A DNA stretch of 64,000 bases. Origin: an uncultured virus (IMG/VR IMGVR_UViG_2822368973_000001). Lineage: Duplodnaviria > Heunggongvirae > Uroviricota > Caudoviricetes. Below, in pieces: positions 10,568 to 21,175 of this stretch. The stretch covers positions 1 to 64,000 of IMG/VR virus record IMGVR_UViG_2822368973_000001; one strand, written 5' to 3'. Within the stretch, counting starts at the first letter, position 1, and every line of letters starts with the position of its first letter. Below the pieces are notes generated by a model. That model had not been told where the DNA came from. It saw only the letters and a list, made by a program, of their open reading frames with translations, and searched no databases. Both the position numbers and the translations under genes were made by a program.

Positions 10568-11704
10568 TCAGGTGTTTTCATTAGATTTAATTATGCTCTC
10601 GAAGTTTTCCGCTGCTTGTTGCTGCATGTTCTGTGTGATGTGGCTATACTTGTCTAATGTCATTTGAATAGATGAGTGTCCTAAGCGATCTTGTACGATT
10701 TTAGGGTGTTCTCCAGCCTGAAGCATGAGTGTAGCGTGAGTATGTCGTAAGTCGTGTATACGAATTCGGGGAACACCAGCTTTTTTATAGTGATCATTCA
10801 AAAAGCGATGGGGAGCATCTATATGTAAGGGCGAATGTATCGTATTGCCGGTGAAAATATAGGCCTCTTCATCCAAGTGTATACCCCAACGGAAAAATTC
10901 TTTCTTTTTATAGGAACAGTAGGATTGTAACTTCCTTATAACAAAAGAAGAGATACTAATGCTTCTATTTGAAGACTTAGTTTTTGTAGCAGCTTTAAAT
11001 AGTCCTTTTTCTGTTTTTACAAGCGATTTATTAACCAGGATACGTTTATTATCAAAGTCAATATCTTTCCATGTTAATGCAAGTAATTCTCCGCGTCTCA
11101 TACCTGTATAGATTGCAAGTAAGAAGAACATATGGTACTTAATATTTTTTTCTTTTAGATACTGGAGGAATCGATTACATTCTTCACTAGACCATGTTTT
11201 CATTTCGCGTTGTTCTTCACGTGGTTTTTTTACCTTATTCATTATATTATCATGTATGATTTCCCATTCTACAGCGTGCTTGAAAATGCATCTTAGGCAG
11301 CGATGGATATTGCTGATTGTACCATTTGATAGTCCTTTTTCCTTAAGTTCAGCATAGTAGCTTTGAATCATTACGGGTTTAATACTTTTAATTTTTTTAT
11401 AACTAAATGGGGGAAGGATATAGAGCTTAACTAAGCTCATGTCTTTTTCATAAGATGTAATTTTTAATTCAGCTTTACGAAGAGGCTTTAACTTTTCCCA
11501 TACATCTAAAACAGTTAATTGTTTGTCATCAAAATATATTCCTTTCTCTATCTCTGTAATCATCGTTGCAGCAGCATTTTGGGCTTCTTTTTTTGTTCTA
11601 AATCCACTCTTACTTTTTTGCTGGCGTTTTCCTGTGGCCGGATCTATACCGATATCTATTGTAAAAGACCACGTATTTCCACGTTTACGAAAACTTCCTT
11701 TCAT
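10568..11704 (-). CDS. int: Prophage tyrosine integrase
   Basis: Arm-binding N-terminus (GFRTKKEA), TGMRRGELLAL, HDLRHTHAT, RLGHSSIQMTLDKYSH. Confidence 0.95.
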   Translation of the reverse strand: MKGSFRKRGNTWSFTIDIGIDPATGKRQQKSKSGFRTKKEAQNAAATMITEIEKGIYFDDKQLTVLDVWEKLKPLRKAELKITSYEKDMSLVKLYILPPFSYKKIKSIKPVMIQSYYAELKEKGLSNGTISNIHRCLRCIFKHAVEWEIIHDNIMNKVKKPREEQREMKTWSSEECNRFLQYLKEKNIKYHMFFLLAIYTGMRRGELLALTWKDIDFDNKRILVNKSLVKTEKGLFKAATKTKSSNRSISISSFVIRKLQSYCSYKKKEFFRWGIHLDEEAYIFTGNTIHSPLHIDAPHRFLNDHYKKAGVPRIRIHDLRHTHATLMLQAGEHPKIVQDRLGHSSIQMTLDKYSHITQNMQQQAAENFESIIKSNENT

Positions 11705-11724
11705 ATTCCATACCTCCTGAATCG

Positions 11725-12243
11725 TTATTTTTGAAAATTACAGTATTGTGATATTTGATTCTGTAATTTACTTGCTAATAATTGATTTTTATAATGTAAA
11801 AGCCTATTTTCAGCAAATTTTGTTGTTACATTGAATGTTTCTGAGATTATATATGTCTTTAACTGTAGGGGAGGAAGCTTTCGTAACATAAAAGTAGGTA
11901 CGCAAAATTGTTGTGCGAAGTTTTTAGCCTTTGCTTCTTGATAATTTAGAAACATTTGATGCATTAATAATTGATTACCTGAATGAAATAGGATATGACA
12001 AGTCTCATGGCCAAAATCCTCCCATTGTTCTTGCTGAGAGATACGATTATCAATAACTAAGTTAGCTATTTGATTTCTTTCCATTGCATGACTTCCAAAC
12101 GGAGCAAAGTACAGCCAAATGTTTAGCTTTTTCGCAATCTCTATCATATCTATTTGTTCAGGAACAATAATAGATATGGATTGGTACAAGTGCTGGATAT
12201 AGTCTTCAAGTTGTGTTGTGTAGTAGGGTTGCGATTGAAACAT
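11725..12243 (-). CDS. ImmA/IrrE-family metallopeptidase (anti-repressor)
   Basis: FGHETCH (HExxH) and EAKAKNFA; adjacent to the integrase. Confidence 0.85.
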   Translation of the reverse strand: MFQSQPYYTTQLEDYIQHLYQSISIIVPEQIDMIEIAKKLNIWLYFAPFGSHAMERNQIANLVIDNRISQQEQWEDFGHETCHILFHSGNQLLMHQMFLNYQEAKAKNFAQQFCVPTFMLRKLPPLQLKTYIISETFNVTTKFAENRLLHYKNQLLASKLQNQISQYCNFQK

Positions 12244-12266
12244 ATTTTCACTCCATTCGTATATTA

Positions 12267-12280
12267 AGAACGTATGTTCT
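12267..12280. promoter_or_regulatory. LexA/DinR SOS box
   Basis: AGAAC-GTAT-GTTCT just upstream of the ImmA-integrase genes. Confidence 0.75.
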
Positions 12281-12513
12281 TAATATACAACAAAAATAAA
12301 AAACTTGGAAGAGTAGCTAAGAAGAGACAATAGATAGATAAATTAAGAAATCTTATTTCTAATAGATCTACAATACGACAGTAGTATTTTAGGTTTAGTG
12401 GGGAAATATCGACGAATATATACAATAGTATCTGTTTATGTTTTAAAAAATAAGTTAAAATATATATGGTAAATTATTCATTACTTTTCGTTTTTTACCG
12501 TAGGAGTGAGAAT

Positions 12514-13566
12514 GTGATTAAAAAAGCAATTAACTTTATTTTATCTGAAGTAGACGTACCAGCACTTAATCACCCTGGGATAAGTAAGGAGATTAAGTAT
12601 AAAGTTACAAATACTAAGGTTAGAATTAAATCTTTTAAGAAGATAGGTGATTTGAAAATTTATATGAATAGATTTTCGGATTCCTCTGAGAGTGGAAATA
12701 ATTTAGTTTATAACTCGCTAAAGAATAAAGGACTGAAAACTTACGAGGATATATATCCTGAGTTCAAAGAGAAGTTTCAACGTTATTTTGATGATATTAC
12801 AGTCTTAAATGATTTTGTTATAGGGAAGACATATACATCGTGGGATATCTCTAATTTTGCTAGAGATTATGATAATAGAAAAGGTATTTATTTAATAGGA
12901 GAGCCCTCTAATTTAAGCGCAATTTTTATTAAAGTGACTTTAGAGAATGGGAAATATGCTAATGAATGGTTAGAAGAAAATAGAGTCCTGAAATATTATT
13001 TTAAAAATAGAGCAAATAAGTTTAAGTTAGAGTACCAAGATAATTTTGCTATTTATAGTACGAAAAACACCAATATACCAATCTATGTATTTATTAAAGA
13101 AGGTACAAGCTGTGTATTACATGGTGTATTTAAATATGTGCAATATATTGAAGAAGTAGATGGTTCAAAGTGGTTTGAATTAGAGAAAATTGACCATTAT
13201 GAAACTTTACATACTTTAACTAATCAAGAATATGAGAATGACTTGGATATAAAAGTAACGAAATCTCAAATTATAAATAGCTCTGCTCGTAAAGAGCGCT
13301 TAAAACAGGCGGTCAGGAAACCTGAAGTAGTTGAAGTGGTTACTACTCAATATAAAAGAAATCCAGACGTTATTGCTGAAGTATTAGAGAGAGCGAACGG
13401 ATATTGTGAGGAATGCAAACAAGAGGCGCCATTTAAAAGAGCTAAAGATGGTACGCCGTATTTAGAGGTCCATCATGTTGTTCCTCTTGCACAGGGAGGA
13501 GAGGATTCAGTAGAGAATGCTGTAGCCCTATGTCCAAACTGTCATAGGAAAGCGCATTATGGTTAG
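12514..13566 (+). CDS. HNH endonuclease, McrA-like C-terminus
   Basis: CEEC...LEVHHVVPLAQGGEDSVENAVALCPNCHRKAH; GTG start after AGGAG. Confidence 0.85.
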   Translation: MIKKAINFILSEVDVPALNHPGISKEIKYKVTNTKVRIKSFKKIGDLKIYMNRFSDSSESGNNLVYNSLKNKGLKTYEDIYPEFKEKFQRYFDDITVLNDFVIGKTYTSWDISNFARDYDNRKGIYLIGEPSNLSAIFIKVTLENGKYANEWLEENRVLKYYFKNRANKFKLEYQDNFAIYSTKNTNIPIYVFIKEGTSCVLHGVFKYVQYIEEVDGSKWFELEKIDHYETLHTLTNQEYENDLDIKVTKSQIINSSARKERLKQAVRKPEVVEVVTTQYKRNPDVIAEVLERANGYCEECKQEAPFKRAKDGTPYLEVHHVVPLAQGGEDSVENAVALCPNCHRKAHYG

Positions 13567-13609
13567 AAAAATGTATTGTAAATGGATATAAATATAAAGG
13601 AGAGGGAAA

Positions 13610-14374
13610 ATGGCAGACAGAGATGAAAATGATATTAGGGATGGGAAATTTGAAGACACAGCTGAATTTTTCATAGCAGAAATGTTGTTTCATAGACACT
13701 CAGATTCATTTTTAGATAAATATAATCATATAAGAGAAGATATTGAACAAGCAATAAGTAAAAGAATGGGAGAATTAAAATTCAAGGTATCTGAACCGGA
13801 GAAGAAAAGGTTGGAAGCAGGATCTTTGAATAAAGCTTTAAAGTCAAGTTTGAGAAGTGTAGAGGGGCTAAAATTTGAAGTTGAATGTAAAGAGGGAGTA
13901 TTATATGACTCACCCAAAACAGGAGGTTTCGATTTTGCAATATTTGACAATCAATACAATGTAGTGAATTTTAGAAATTTTTGTTTTGGAAGAAGAGCAA
14001 TATATAAAGGTGAGGCTGAATGGAATAGACAATTACAAAATAGAGAAGAATGGAAAGATGTTGCTGAAACATTGGAATTACCTGAAATGAAGAGACGAGG
14101 TGAGGATTTATATCATAAAAAAGCAAAGCCTACAGTAGTTGGCGAAATTCAATTTGGGAACTGGGGTTTAGGCTATTATGACATAATTAAAGTAATTCAT
14201 TTAGAAGAATCTCTAGAGGTTGATCTTTTAATATATATTACAGCAACAGGTAATTTACAAACTTATTTAAGTAAAAGTATAGTAACCTTTAATAGAATGA
14301 AAAAAACCTTGGAGCAATATGGAGGAATTGTAAAGGTCCCAGTATGGCTTATAGGACTTGATATAAGGGAGTAA
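13610..14374 (+). CDS. BglII/BstYI-like restriction endonuclease fold protein
   Basis: GGFDF...VGEIQFGN (D...ExQ active-site pattern). Confidence 0.6.
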   Translation: MADRDENDIRDGKFEDTAEFFIAEMLFHRHSDSFLDKYNHIREDIEQAISKRMGELKFKVSEPEKKRLEAGSLNKALKSSLRSVEGLKFEVECKEGVLYDSPKTGGFDFAIFDNQYNVVNFRNFCFGRRAIYKGEAEWNRQLQNREEWKDVAETLELPEMKRRGEDLYHKKAKPTVVGEIQFGNWGLGYYDIIKVIHLEESLEVDLLIYITATGNLQTYLSKSIVTFNRMKKTLEQYGGIVKVPVWLIGLDIRE

Positions 14375-14482
14375 GTTGCTAAAATGTAAATGTTAAATAT
14401 GCTAAATAAGTTCATCGCTTTATAAAGGTTTTTATTTTATATAATGAGATTTGAAAAATATAAATATAGGTGGAGATGAAAC

Positions 14483-15952
14483 ATGACCAATTCATCAGTA
14501 AATATATTGACAACAACCATTACTGTTAATCCCTCAGATAATATATTTAAAGAACTGGGTAACAATACATATGATTTTAATGATTTGATTTCGGAGTTTA
14601 TTGATAATTCGATAGGAGCTATGGATTCAGAAAGAGTTCTTGAAGTTTATGTAGAAATTGGATTATCTAAAACAAGAGAAGAAGAATCATATTTTCTAAT
14701 TAGGGATAATGCTAAGGGAATTGTAAGGGAGTTTTTAGGGAAGGCACTTTCACCAGGTGGAACATCTGGTGGGAGAACTCTTAACGAGCATGGGTTAGGT
14801 ATGAAACAAGCTATTGCAGCATTAGGGGAATTAGAGCATCTAATTACAAAAACTAAAGAAGATAAACAGGCAGTTTGTATAAATAAGTTGAAATTTGGGG
14901 ATATAGAAGGTACTTTAATCGATGTACCTTGGAATCATGGAACTGAAATTAAAGTTAAAAGAATTAATAATATAGTACCAACTTCATCACAGAAATTTAC
15001 ACAATCAGTACAAGTTTATTTGGGAGCTAGATACAGAAGATTTTTACGCGAGAATAATAAGAAAATGCAATTAAATATTAAGTTATTAAACCTGGATGTA
15101 AACAATGGGACACCAAAGATTACAAATGAATGGGAAATCAAAGAAATTAACCCTGTTTATTTTCATCCCAATAGGAGAATAAATGAGCCAGTAACTAATA
15201 GAAAGATAATTAAGGGAAAAGGTTGGGAAGCAGCATTTACGTTTGGTTATGCTCCTACCGACAAACAATATGAAGATTTAGGACTAGAGCCTCCTAAAAA
15301 ATATGAGCCATACTATGTATCTATCAATAAACAAGGTTTTGATATTTTAAATAACGATAGAGTAATTAAATTTCATCAATTAAGTGAAATAGGAGTGGTA
15401 GAGACTAGACATAATCGATTTAATTATATTAGAGGAGAAATCGATTTAATTAGAGGATTTACTACAGCAATTACTAAGAATAATATAATAATGGATAATC
15501 ATTTTTCGGAACTTATACAGGAAGTTAAAGATATTTTAAATAAAAATGATTTCTTTGATAGAAAAAGTTATCCAGATGAAATACCCGAAGTGTTATTAAG
15601 AGATAGACTAGTACATCATTTTAAAACCAGTAAACTTTATGGGAAAAAAGATGTTAGAACAGAGTACCCAGTTCAAGCTTTAGGGGGATTTATAGATATT
15701 TTAGCAGATAATGAAGCATGGGAATTAAAAATAGGAGATGCTGATGGGTTAGCGGTATACCAATTATTTGCTTATATGGACATGGGCAAGATTGATAATG
15801 GCTATCTTGTAGCGAAATCGTTTAAGACAGGTGCAGAATCTGCAGCTAAATTTATAGAAGAAAACCATAATAAAAAAATTGATTTAATTTTAAGAGATGA
15901 ACTGCCAATAAATCTCCCTCCGACTGAAGAAGAATTGAAAAAATATTACTAG
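14483..15952 (+). CDS. GHKL (MORC/HSP90-like) ATPase with C-terminal PD-(D/E)xK-like domain
   Basis: ISEFIDNS, RDNAKGI, HGLGMK, HGTEI; C-terminal IDILADNEAWELK...YQLFAY. Confidence 0.75.
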   Translation: MTNSSVNILTTTITVNPSDNIFKELGNNTYDFNDLISEFIDNSIGAMDSERVLEVYVEIGLSKTREEESYFLIRDNAKGIVREFLGKALSPGGTSGGRTLNEHGLGMKQAIAALGELEHLITKTKEDKQAVCINKLKFGDIEGTLIDVPWNHGTEIKVKRINNIVPTSSQKFTQSVQVYLGARYRRFLRENNKKMQLNIKLLNLDVNNGTPKITNEWEIKEINPVYFHPNRRINEPVTNRKIIKGKGWEAAFTFGYAPTDKQYEDLGLEPPKKYEPYYVSINKQGFDILNNDRVIKFHQLSEIGVVETRHNRFNYIRGEIDLIRGFTTAITKNNIIMDNHFSELIQEVKDILNKNDFFDRKSYPDEIPEVLLRDRLVHHFKTSKLYGKKDVRTEYPVQALGGFIDILADNEAWELKIGDADGLAVYQLFAYMDMGKIDNGYLVAKSFKTGAESAAKFIEENHNKKIDLILRDELPINLPPTEEELKKYY

Positions 15953-16292
15953 TATACTAACTAACCTGGCATTATGGAATTAGAAAAAAGGTAGGTTAGT
16001 TAATATGAATACGTTTTAAAACAGTATATGCAAAATGAAAATTAATCAAAAAGGATTTCCCAATAAATAAGAATCGGTTATGTAATAAAAATAAAACACG
16101 CATAATAGTGTGTTTTATTTTTATTGTTCAAATTATTTAAATAGTATATACAGTTATATCATAGTTGTATTTACGAATCCAGTTATAGTTGCAATTACTA
16201 ATGATAGTATTGTATTCAAAGAAACACATACNNGTATGTGTTTCTTTGAATACTTTTTAGAGTAGTAACTTTGATATACTGAAATGAAAAAA

Positions 16293-16466
16293 CTAATTTT
16301 TATCACGAGTGATTTCTTTGCTATCAGATTTTTGTTCTGAAGCTTCACTAAACTCTGTATATCTAGTACCTTCATCTAATAATCTGAGGGGTGTACTATC
16401 ACTTTTAGTTGAAGTTTGATCCCCCTGTAGATGTTTGAGTAAATCAATTTCCTCGTTGTCTCGCAT
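16293..16466 (-). CDS. Small hypothetical protein
   Basis: RBS AGGAGGTG before MRDNEEID. Confidence 0.55.
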   Translation of the reverse strand: MRDNEEIDLLKHLQGDQTSTKSDSTPLRLLDEGTRYTEFSEASEQKSDSKEITRDKN

Positions 16467-16479
16467 AAATATCACCTCC

Positions 16480-17049
16480 TTATAAGTTAATAAATATAGC
16501 ATAAGAAATTAAAGTAGTAATTAACGCGACGAATAAGCAATAGGTACCAACTTTATATGCTTTGGTTTTATTATTGTTATGTATTTCATTTTTTTTAATA
16601 GCCTCTACAATAAGACTCACAATGGACATAGCAGTCTCGTCTTTTGGGTATTCACCATTCTTATTTGTAAATATTCCTAATGATATATGAGCATATTGAT
16701 TAGTTAAAAAAGTCTTTAAGAGATAAAAAATCGAGAAACCTAATGTTATAAAAGACATTATTGTAAAAAAAATGTACGAGGAGTATAAAACCATCGGTTT
16801 TATACTTTCTACAGGAAAGCTGATTTTTTTGAATTCTAAATTGCTAGTTAAAAAAGTAAGAAGAGCAGCAGCTAGTGTTAAAAGAATACCAGATTTTGTT
16901 TCTAAGTGGTTTTTTCTTAAAAATTCGGTGTCATATTCTTTTTGAGCTAAAGATAATAATAATTCACTGGATGGATAAGTTTCTACAGGAGTAGCCGTAT
17001 GTAACTCTTCTGTTGCATTTTCTTGTAACTGTTCTGGATTTCCCGACAT
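16480..17049 (-). CDS. Membrane protein (about 3 TM segments), prophage cargo
   Basis: Hydrophobic segments in a 189-aa ORF. Confidence 0.7.
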   Translation of the reverse strand: MSGNPEQLQENATEELHTATPVETYPSSELLLSLAQKEYDTEFLRKNHLETKSGILLTLAAALLTFLTSNLEFKKISFPVESIKPMVLYSSYIFFTIMSFITLGFSIFYLLKTFLTNQYAHISLGIFTNKNGEYPKDETAMSIVSLIVEAIKKNEIHNNNKTKAYKVGTYCLFVALITTLISYAIFINL

Positions 17050-17273
17050 GGAGAGCCCCCTATTCTAAATTTTATATAAATATAATACTATATAAGATTA
17101 AAAAAATGAAACGATTTTATGATTTATCTAGGTGTAAAATTATTTCACTGCACTATAGAAAGTTATGTAATTTAATTATATAAAATTAAGCTTCTTTAAT
17201 GTATCAATAAGAGCAGGTATATGCATCAACTATATGATTCAATCTCAAAAAAAATAAAAAACAANNTTGTTTT

Positions 17274-17663
17274 TTATTTTTTTTGATTCTGTTCGTTTTG
17301 CACTATAAATTTCCAAAAGCGTTTTAGCTCCTCTTGTTTCTCAGGAGAGGCTTCCTTAATATCTTTAAACCACAGACCTAATTCAGGATCATCCATTATG
17401 GTATTTACGTCAGATGATTTATTTTGTGTACAATCAGATACTCTGCCCAATAAAAAATCAGTAGAAACAGAAAAAAGATTAGCTAGTCTCAAGATAGTCT
17501 CCATAGGTGGTTGTTTGGTCTCATTTTCATATGCGGTATATGTAGTACGGGCAACACCTATTTGGTTCGCTACATATGTTTGTGTCCATATATTGTTTTC
17601 TTTCTTTTTCTCTTCGCGTAAATGCTTTAATTTTTTACCAAAGGTATTCAAAGGAGTCACCAC
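17274..17663 (-). CDS. XRE-family prophage repressor
   Basis: WTQTYVANQIGVARTTYTAYE HTH, FSVSTDFLLG; divergent from cro. Confidence 0.9.
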   Translation of the reverse strand: MVTPLNTFGKKLKHLREEKKKENNIWTQTYVANQIGVARTTYTAYENETKQPPMETILRLANLFSVSTDFLLGRVSDCTQNKSSDVNTIMDDPELGLWFKDIKEASPEKQEELKRFWKFIVQNEQNQKK

Positions 17664-17706
17664 CGTTATATTTAAATCTTATTTTTAATTATAAACGAAT
17701 TTCTTT

Positions 17707-17808
17707 GTTACTAATAGTAACTCTATAAAATGTTACCTTTAGGAACTTTTTGGTTGAATTGTTCCTTAAAGTAACTTATAATCGTTTTAAGATGTTCTTT
17801 AAAGAAAT
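17707..17808. promoter_or_regulatory. Lysogeny switch: operator palindromes and rightward sigmaA promoter
   Basis: GTTACTAATAGTAAC 17707, GTTACCTTTAGGAAC 17732, GTTCCTTAAAGTAAC 17761, weaker copies at 17794 and 18011; TTGAAT-17-TATAAT at 17754-17782. Confidence 0.8.
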
Positions 17809-17820
17809 GGAGGAGGAGCC

Positions 17821-18009
17821 TTGAGAGAATGGTTAAAAGAATTCAGGTGTATAAAAGGTTATACTCATGAAAGTCTTGCAAATAAATGCAGGATATCTAG
17901 AAGTTATTACACTCATATTGAAAACGGAACAAAAACCCCTTCTGTAGAAACAGCTAAAAAAATAGGAGGAGTCTTGAATGTAAATTGGACAATTTTTTTT
18001 GAAAAATAA
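17821..18009 (+). CDS. Cro-like HTH protein
   Basis: Short XRE HTH (ISRSYYTHIENG) with RBS GGAGGAGG. Confidence 0.85.
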   Translation: MREWLKEFRCIKGYTHESLANKCRISRSYYTHIENGTKTPSVETAKKIGGVLNVNWTIFFEK

Positions 18010-18047
18010 TGTTCCCTTAAGGAGCTTAAATGAAAGGAAGTGATATT

Positions 18048-18347
18048 ATGATTAACTTTGACATCAAATCATTTCGTCAAATCATCCGAGAAGAAGTACA
18101 AAGAGCAACCGAACATCTTCAACCAATGAAAGAATTACCACCATTTTTAACTATTACAGAATTAATGGAACTATTACATATTAAACGTACTAAAGCATCA
18201 GAGTTATTAAATCGTTCTGACTTCCCAGTATGTCGTGAAGCAGGAGTTCTTATTCCTACACATTTACTTTTTAAGTGGATGGAAAACCATACTGACTGGG
18301 TAGAAAACAATACAGAGTATTACAATCCATTTAAAGAATCTGTCTAA
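18048..18347 (+). CDS. Excisionase-like DNA-binding protein
   Basis: LTITELMELLHIKRTKASELL winged-HTH pattern. Confidence 0.65.
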   Translation: MINFDIKSFRQIIREEVQRATEHLQPMKELPPFLTITELMELLHIKRTKASELLNRSDFPVCREAGVLIPTHLLFKWMENHTDWVENNTEYYNPFKESV

Positions 18348-18414
18348 TACTAAGTTACCATGTTGGGTTGTCACAAATAAATAATGCTTTAGGTACGAAT
18401 GGGGGAAGTAAACG

Positions 18415-18930
18415 ATGTCCATAGGAAAAGAAGTTGCTATGGCACGAAAACGAAAGGGAATCACCCAAGAACAACTCTCCTTAGAAATCCCCGTGAGTCG
18501 TGAGTCACTAGCAAAATATGAAACTGAACAACGACGTTTACCAGAAGATTTACGAAAGTGTATTACTGAAGGAATTGATGATCCACAGTTGTTTTTTAAA
18601 ATGTGGAGTGAAGCAACAGGGCATGCAAGTATCCCGTTCTTCAATGGAGAGCATATAGACCTTCATCCTACAAGTATGAGATACATGGTTTATCAAGAGA
18701 CAAATGAAGCTTTGGAACAACTCGATACAGTATGTTGGTTTAAACCTTCACAAACTTGGTCCGAAAGTGAGAAAGAGGAATTGAAAAAGGTAATGCATGA
18801 AATCTTGGATGCTACAGGTTCGATGATGAGCCTCGTAGCGGTCCTATGTGATCAAAATGGTATTTCAATGAAAGAAGTCTTTAAGTATTGGAAAGTATCA
18901 TTACGAGCTAGGAAGTATATAAAAGGTTAA
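18415..18930 (+). CDS. XRE HTH protein
   Basis: ITQEQLSLEIPVSRESLAKYE. Confidence 0.8.
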   Translation: MSIGKEVAMARKRKGITQEQLSLEIPVSRESLAKYETEQRRLPEDLRKCITEGIDDPQLFFKMWSEATGHASIPFFNGEHIDLHPTSMRYMVYQETNEALEQLDTVCWFKPSQTWSESEKEELKKVMHEILDATGSMMSLVAVLCDQNGISMKEVFKYWKVSLRARKYIKG

Positions 18931-18960
18931 TTTAATTATTTTATTGGGGAGGTTTAAGTT

Positions 18961-19182
18961 ATGACAATTGATTATGCAAGTCCAACTTTAAATCAATATA
19001 AAACGCTAATTCGTAAGGAAGCAAATTTATATGGTGATATTCGAATTGCATCAGTTTGTGGGGACTATATAAAAGCTAGGGATTTAAAACAAGAGAAGAA
19101 ATTAATGGAGATAAGAATTCGAATTATAGAAGCAGCATTTGTTTTGAAAAACAAAAAGAAAAAAGGAAAGGCTACCGCGTAG
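18961..19182 (+). CDS. Phage hypothetical protein
   Basis: ORF with RBS GGGGAGG. Confidence 0.7.
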   Translation: MTIDYASPTLNQYKTLIRKEANLYGDIRIASVCGDYIKARDLKQEKKLMEIRIRIIEAAFVLKNKKKKGKATA

Positions 19183-19360
19183 CCTGCGGTAGCCAATCAT
19201 GACAGTAGATAAATTATAGCATATAACAATTTAGTGCGACAAGCTGTTGTGCTTGTCGTTATGACCAGAAAGATTTGTTAACTCTAACCGCTTAATATAC
19301 ATTACCTTCTGGTCATAACGATGCGTACAGTATCAAATTATAAAAAATGGGGAGCAAATT

Positions 19361-19645
19361 ATGAAAGTAGAATGTAATCGTCTGTTCGACTTAGTTCTAC
19401 CAGGTGATTTTGCTTTTGCAAATGAATTACATAACTGCATGGTGACATGTATTCATAACATGTTCAATGCTGGTTCATTAGATGAAGCAAATCATTGGGA
19501 GAAGGAATTAAATAGATGCGCAAAAGAATTCAAGAGCCTTCGTAATGAAAAAGAGGATCACGATGTATCAAAGAGTTATCGTGTAGTTGTTAAAAGCCTT
19601 CAAGGGCAGGGGATCAATGCATCAGTAGTTAGTCGAAGAAAATAA
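19361..19645 (+). CDS. Phage hypothetical protein
   Basis: ORF with RBS GGGGAG. Confidence 0.7.
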   Translation: MKVECNRLFDLVLPGDFAFANELHNCMVTCIHNMFNAGSLDEANHWEKELNRCAKEFKSLRNEKEDHDVSKSYRVVVKSLQGQGINASVVSRRK

Positions 19646-19753
19646 AAAATCTATCACTTGGCAGAGTGATAGATTTTAGACTCTTATAGAGAGTCTTTCT
19701 AAAAATAGAATTGGATTAAGTATATCAAAGCAAATCAAGTAAAACAATGGAGG

Positions 19754-20740
19754 ATGAATAATATGGCAGTTTATAGACCTGTTCAAGTTTCATATTGGCA
19801 AGATGCTTTCGTTTTAGATCTTACACCGGAGGAAAAATACTTCTACTTGTATTTGATGACTAATAGCAAAACTTCTCAGAGTGGTATCTATGAGCTTCCA
19901 TTACGAGTGATAGAAATGGATACAGGGTATAACCGTGAAACGGTTGAGAAGCTGCTAGAGCGTTTTGCTGATTACGGGAAAATTTATTACAACAAAAAGA
20001 CAAAAGAAATTATGTTGATTAATTGGCTTAAATTCAATGCTATTACAAATATGAATATTGAAAAATGTGTGTTAAAAGAAATCCAGAATATTAAGTGCGA
20101 GGATTTTTTAATTGATTTTTATGAGACATGTTTAGAGTTAGAGCAGCAGCAAGATTTTAAAATTCCTCGTATTAAGGAATACTTCCAAGCTCGTTTTGAG
20201 TGGCTTATAAGGGGCTTCGAAGACCCTATGAAGGAAAAAGAAGAAACAAAAACAGAAACAAAAGAAAAAGAAGAAACAAAAACAAAAGAAGAAGCAGCAA
20301 GCTGCTCAAGAGATAAAAAAGTTGCAGAAGAAAATCCAATAGCATTTTATGAGCAAAACTTTGGAGTTCTTAAACCATTTGTGGCTGAAGGGATTAATGC
20401 GTGGATTGAAGATTTGAATGCACAGCTTGTTATTAAAGCAATGAAAATAGCTCTAGAAAAGAATGCACCTAATATGTCTTATGTACAAGGTATTTTAAGA
20501 GATTGGCATGCTAAAGGGTATAAAAGCATTAATGATGTTGAAGCTGCACAAACTCAATTCCGTAAGAAATACCAATCTCGTGGCGGGAGAAGTAATGCTC
20601 GAAAAGAAATTGTTCCTGATTGGTTACATACACAAGATACGGAAACACATTCTCAGTCAGTAGAGCATAGTGAAATCGAATTAGAAGCTGAACGGAAACG
20701 TTTAGAACAAGTGTTATCTAAATATAAAAAAGAGGCTTAG
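19754..20740 (+). CDS. Phage replication initiator (DnaD-like C-terminal domain)
   Basis: LTPEEKYFYLYL N-terminus, SYVQGILRDW DnaD motif. Confidence 0.88.
   Translation: MNNMAVYRPVQVSYWQDAFVLDLTPEEKYFYLYLMTNSKTSQSGIYELPLRVIEMDTGYNRETVEKLLERFADYGKIYYNKKTKEIMLINWLKFNAITNMNIEKCVLKEIQNIKCEDFLIDFYETCLELEQQQDFKIPRIKEYFQARFEWLIRGFEDPMKEKEETKTETKEKEETKTKEEAASCSRDKKVAEENPIAFYEQNFGVLKPFVAEGINAWIEDLNAQLVIKAMKIALEKNAPNMSYVQGILRDWHAKGYKSINDVEAAQTQFRKKYQSRGGRSNARKEIVPDWLHTQDTETHSQSVEHSEIELEAERKRLEQVLSKYKKEA
20232..20296. repeat. A-rich direct repeats inside the initiator gene (probable origin iterons)
   Basis: AAAAAGAAGAAACAAAAACA repeated; encodes KEETKTE repeats. Confidence 0.55.
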
Positions 20741-20750
20741 GAGGATTGTA

Positions 20751-21113
20751 ATGCCAAAGCAGTTAACAATATTTGATGTTGAGCCTGTAGTAGCATTCGA
20801 TACTGAGAAAGCACACATTCATCGATTAAATTCTAAAGTTCGTTTTACGGATGTAGTTGTTCAAGTACCAAAGCAAGTAAGAGCTACTGATGAATTAAAA
20901 CCAACAACAGCGCCAAATGATCAGTATGAATTATTTGAGGAATATACAATTGGAATTTGGAGATTTAAGCGAGTGGAAGATAAGCAGTTCGATTGGGAAG
21001 AAGCGGAGGAGCTTTGCAAGTCTGCGAGAGATAATAAAGAACCGATTTCAATACGGCTTTATTTATCATTAGAACAATCATTTGTTCCAGAAAATGTTGT
21101 GGAATATCTATAA
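20751..21113 (+). CDS. Phage hypothetical protein
   Basis: ORF with RBS AGGAGG. Confidence 0.7.
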   Translation: MPKQLTIFDVEPVVAFDTEKAHIHRLNSKVRFTDVVVQVPKQVRATDELKPTTAPNDQYELFEEYTIGIWRFKRVEDKQFDWEEAEELCKSARDNKEPISIRLYLSLEQSFVPENVVEYL

Positions 21114-21175
21114 CAAAATAAAAAAGTCGAGATTGCTCCCGACTTACTTCGACAAAATAATCATAACATACGGGA

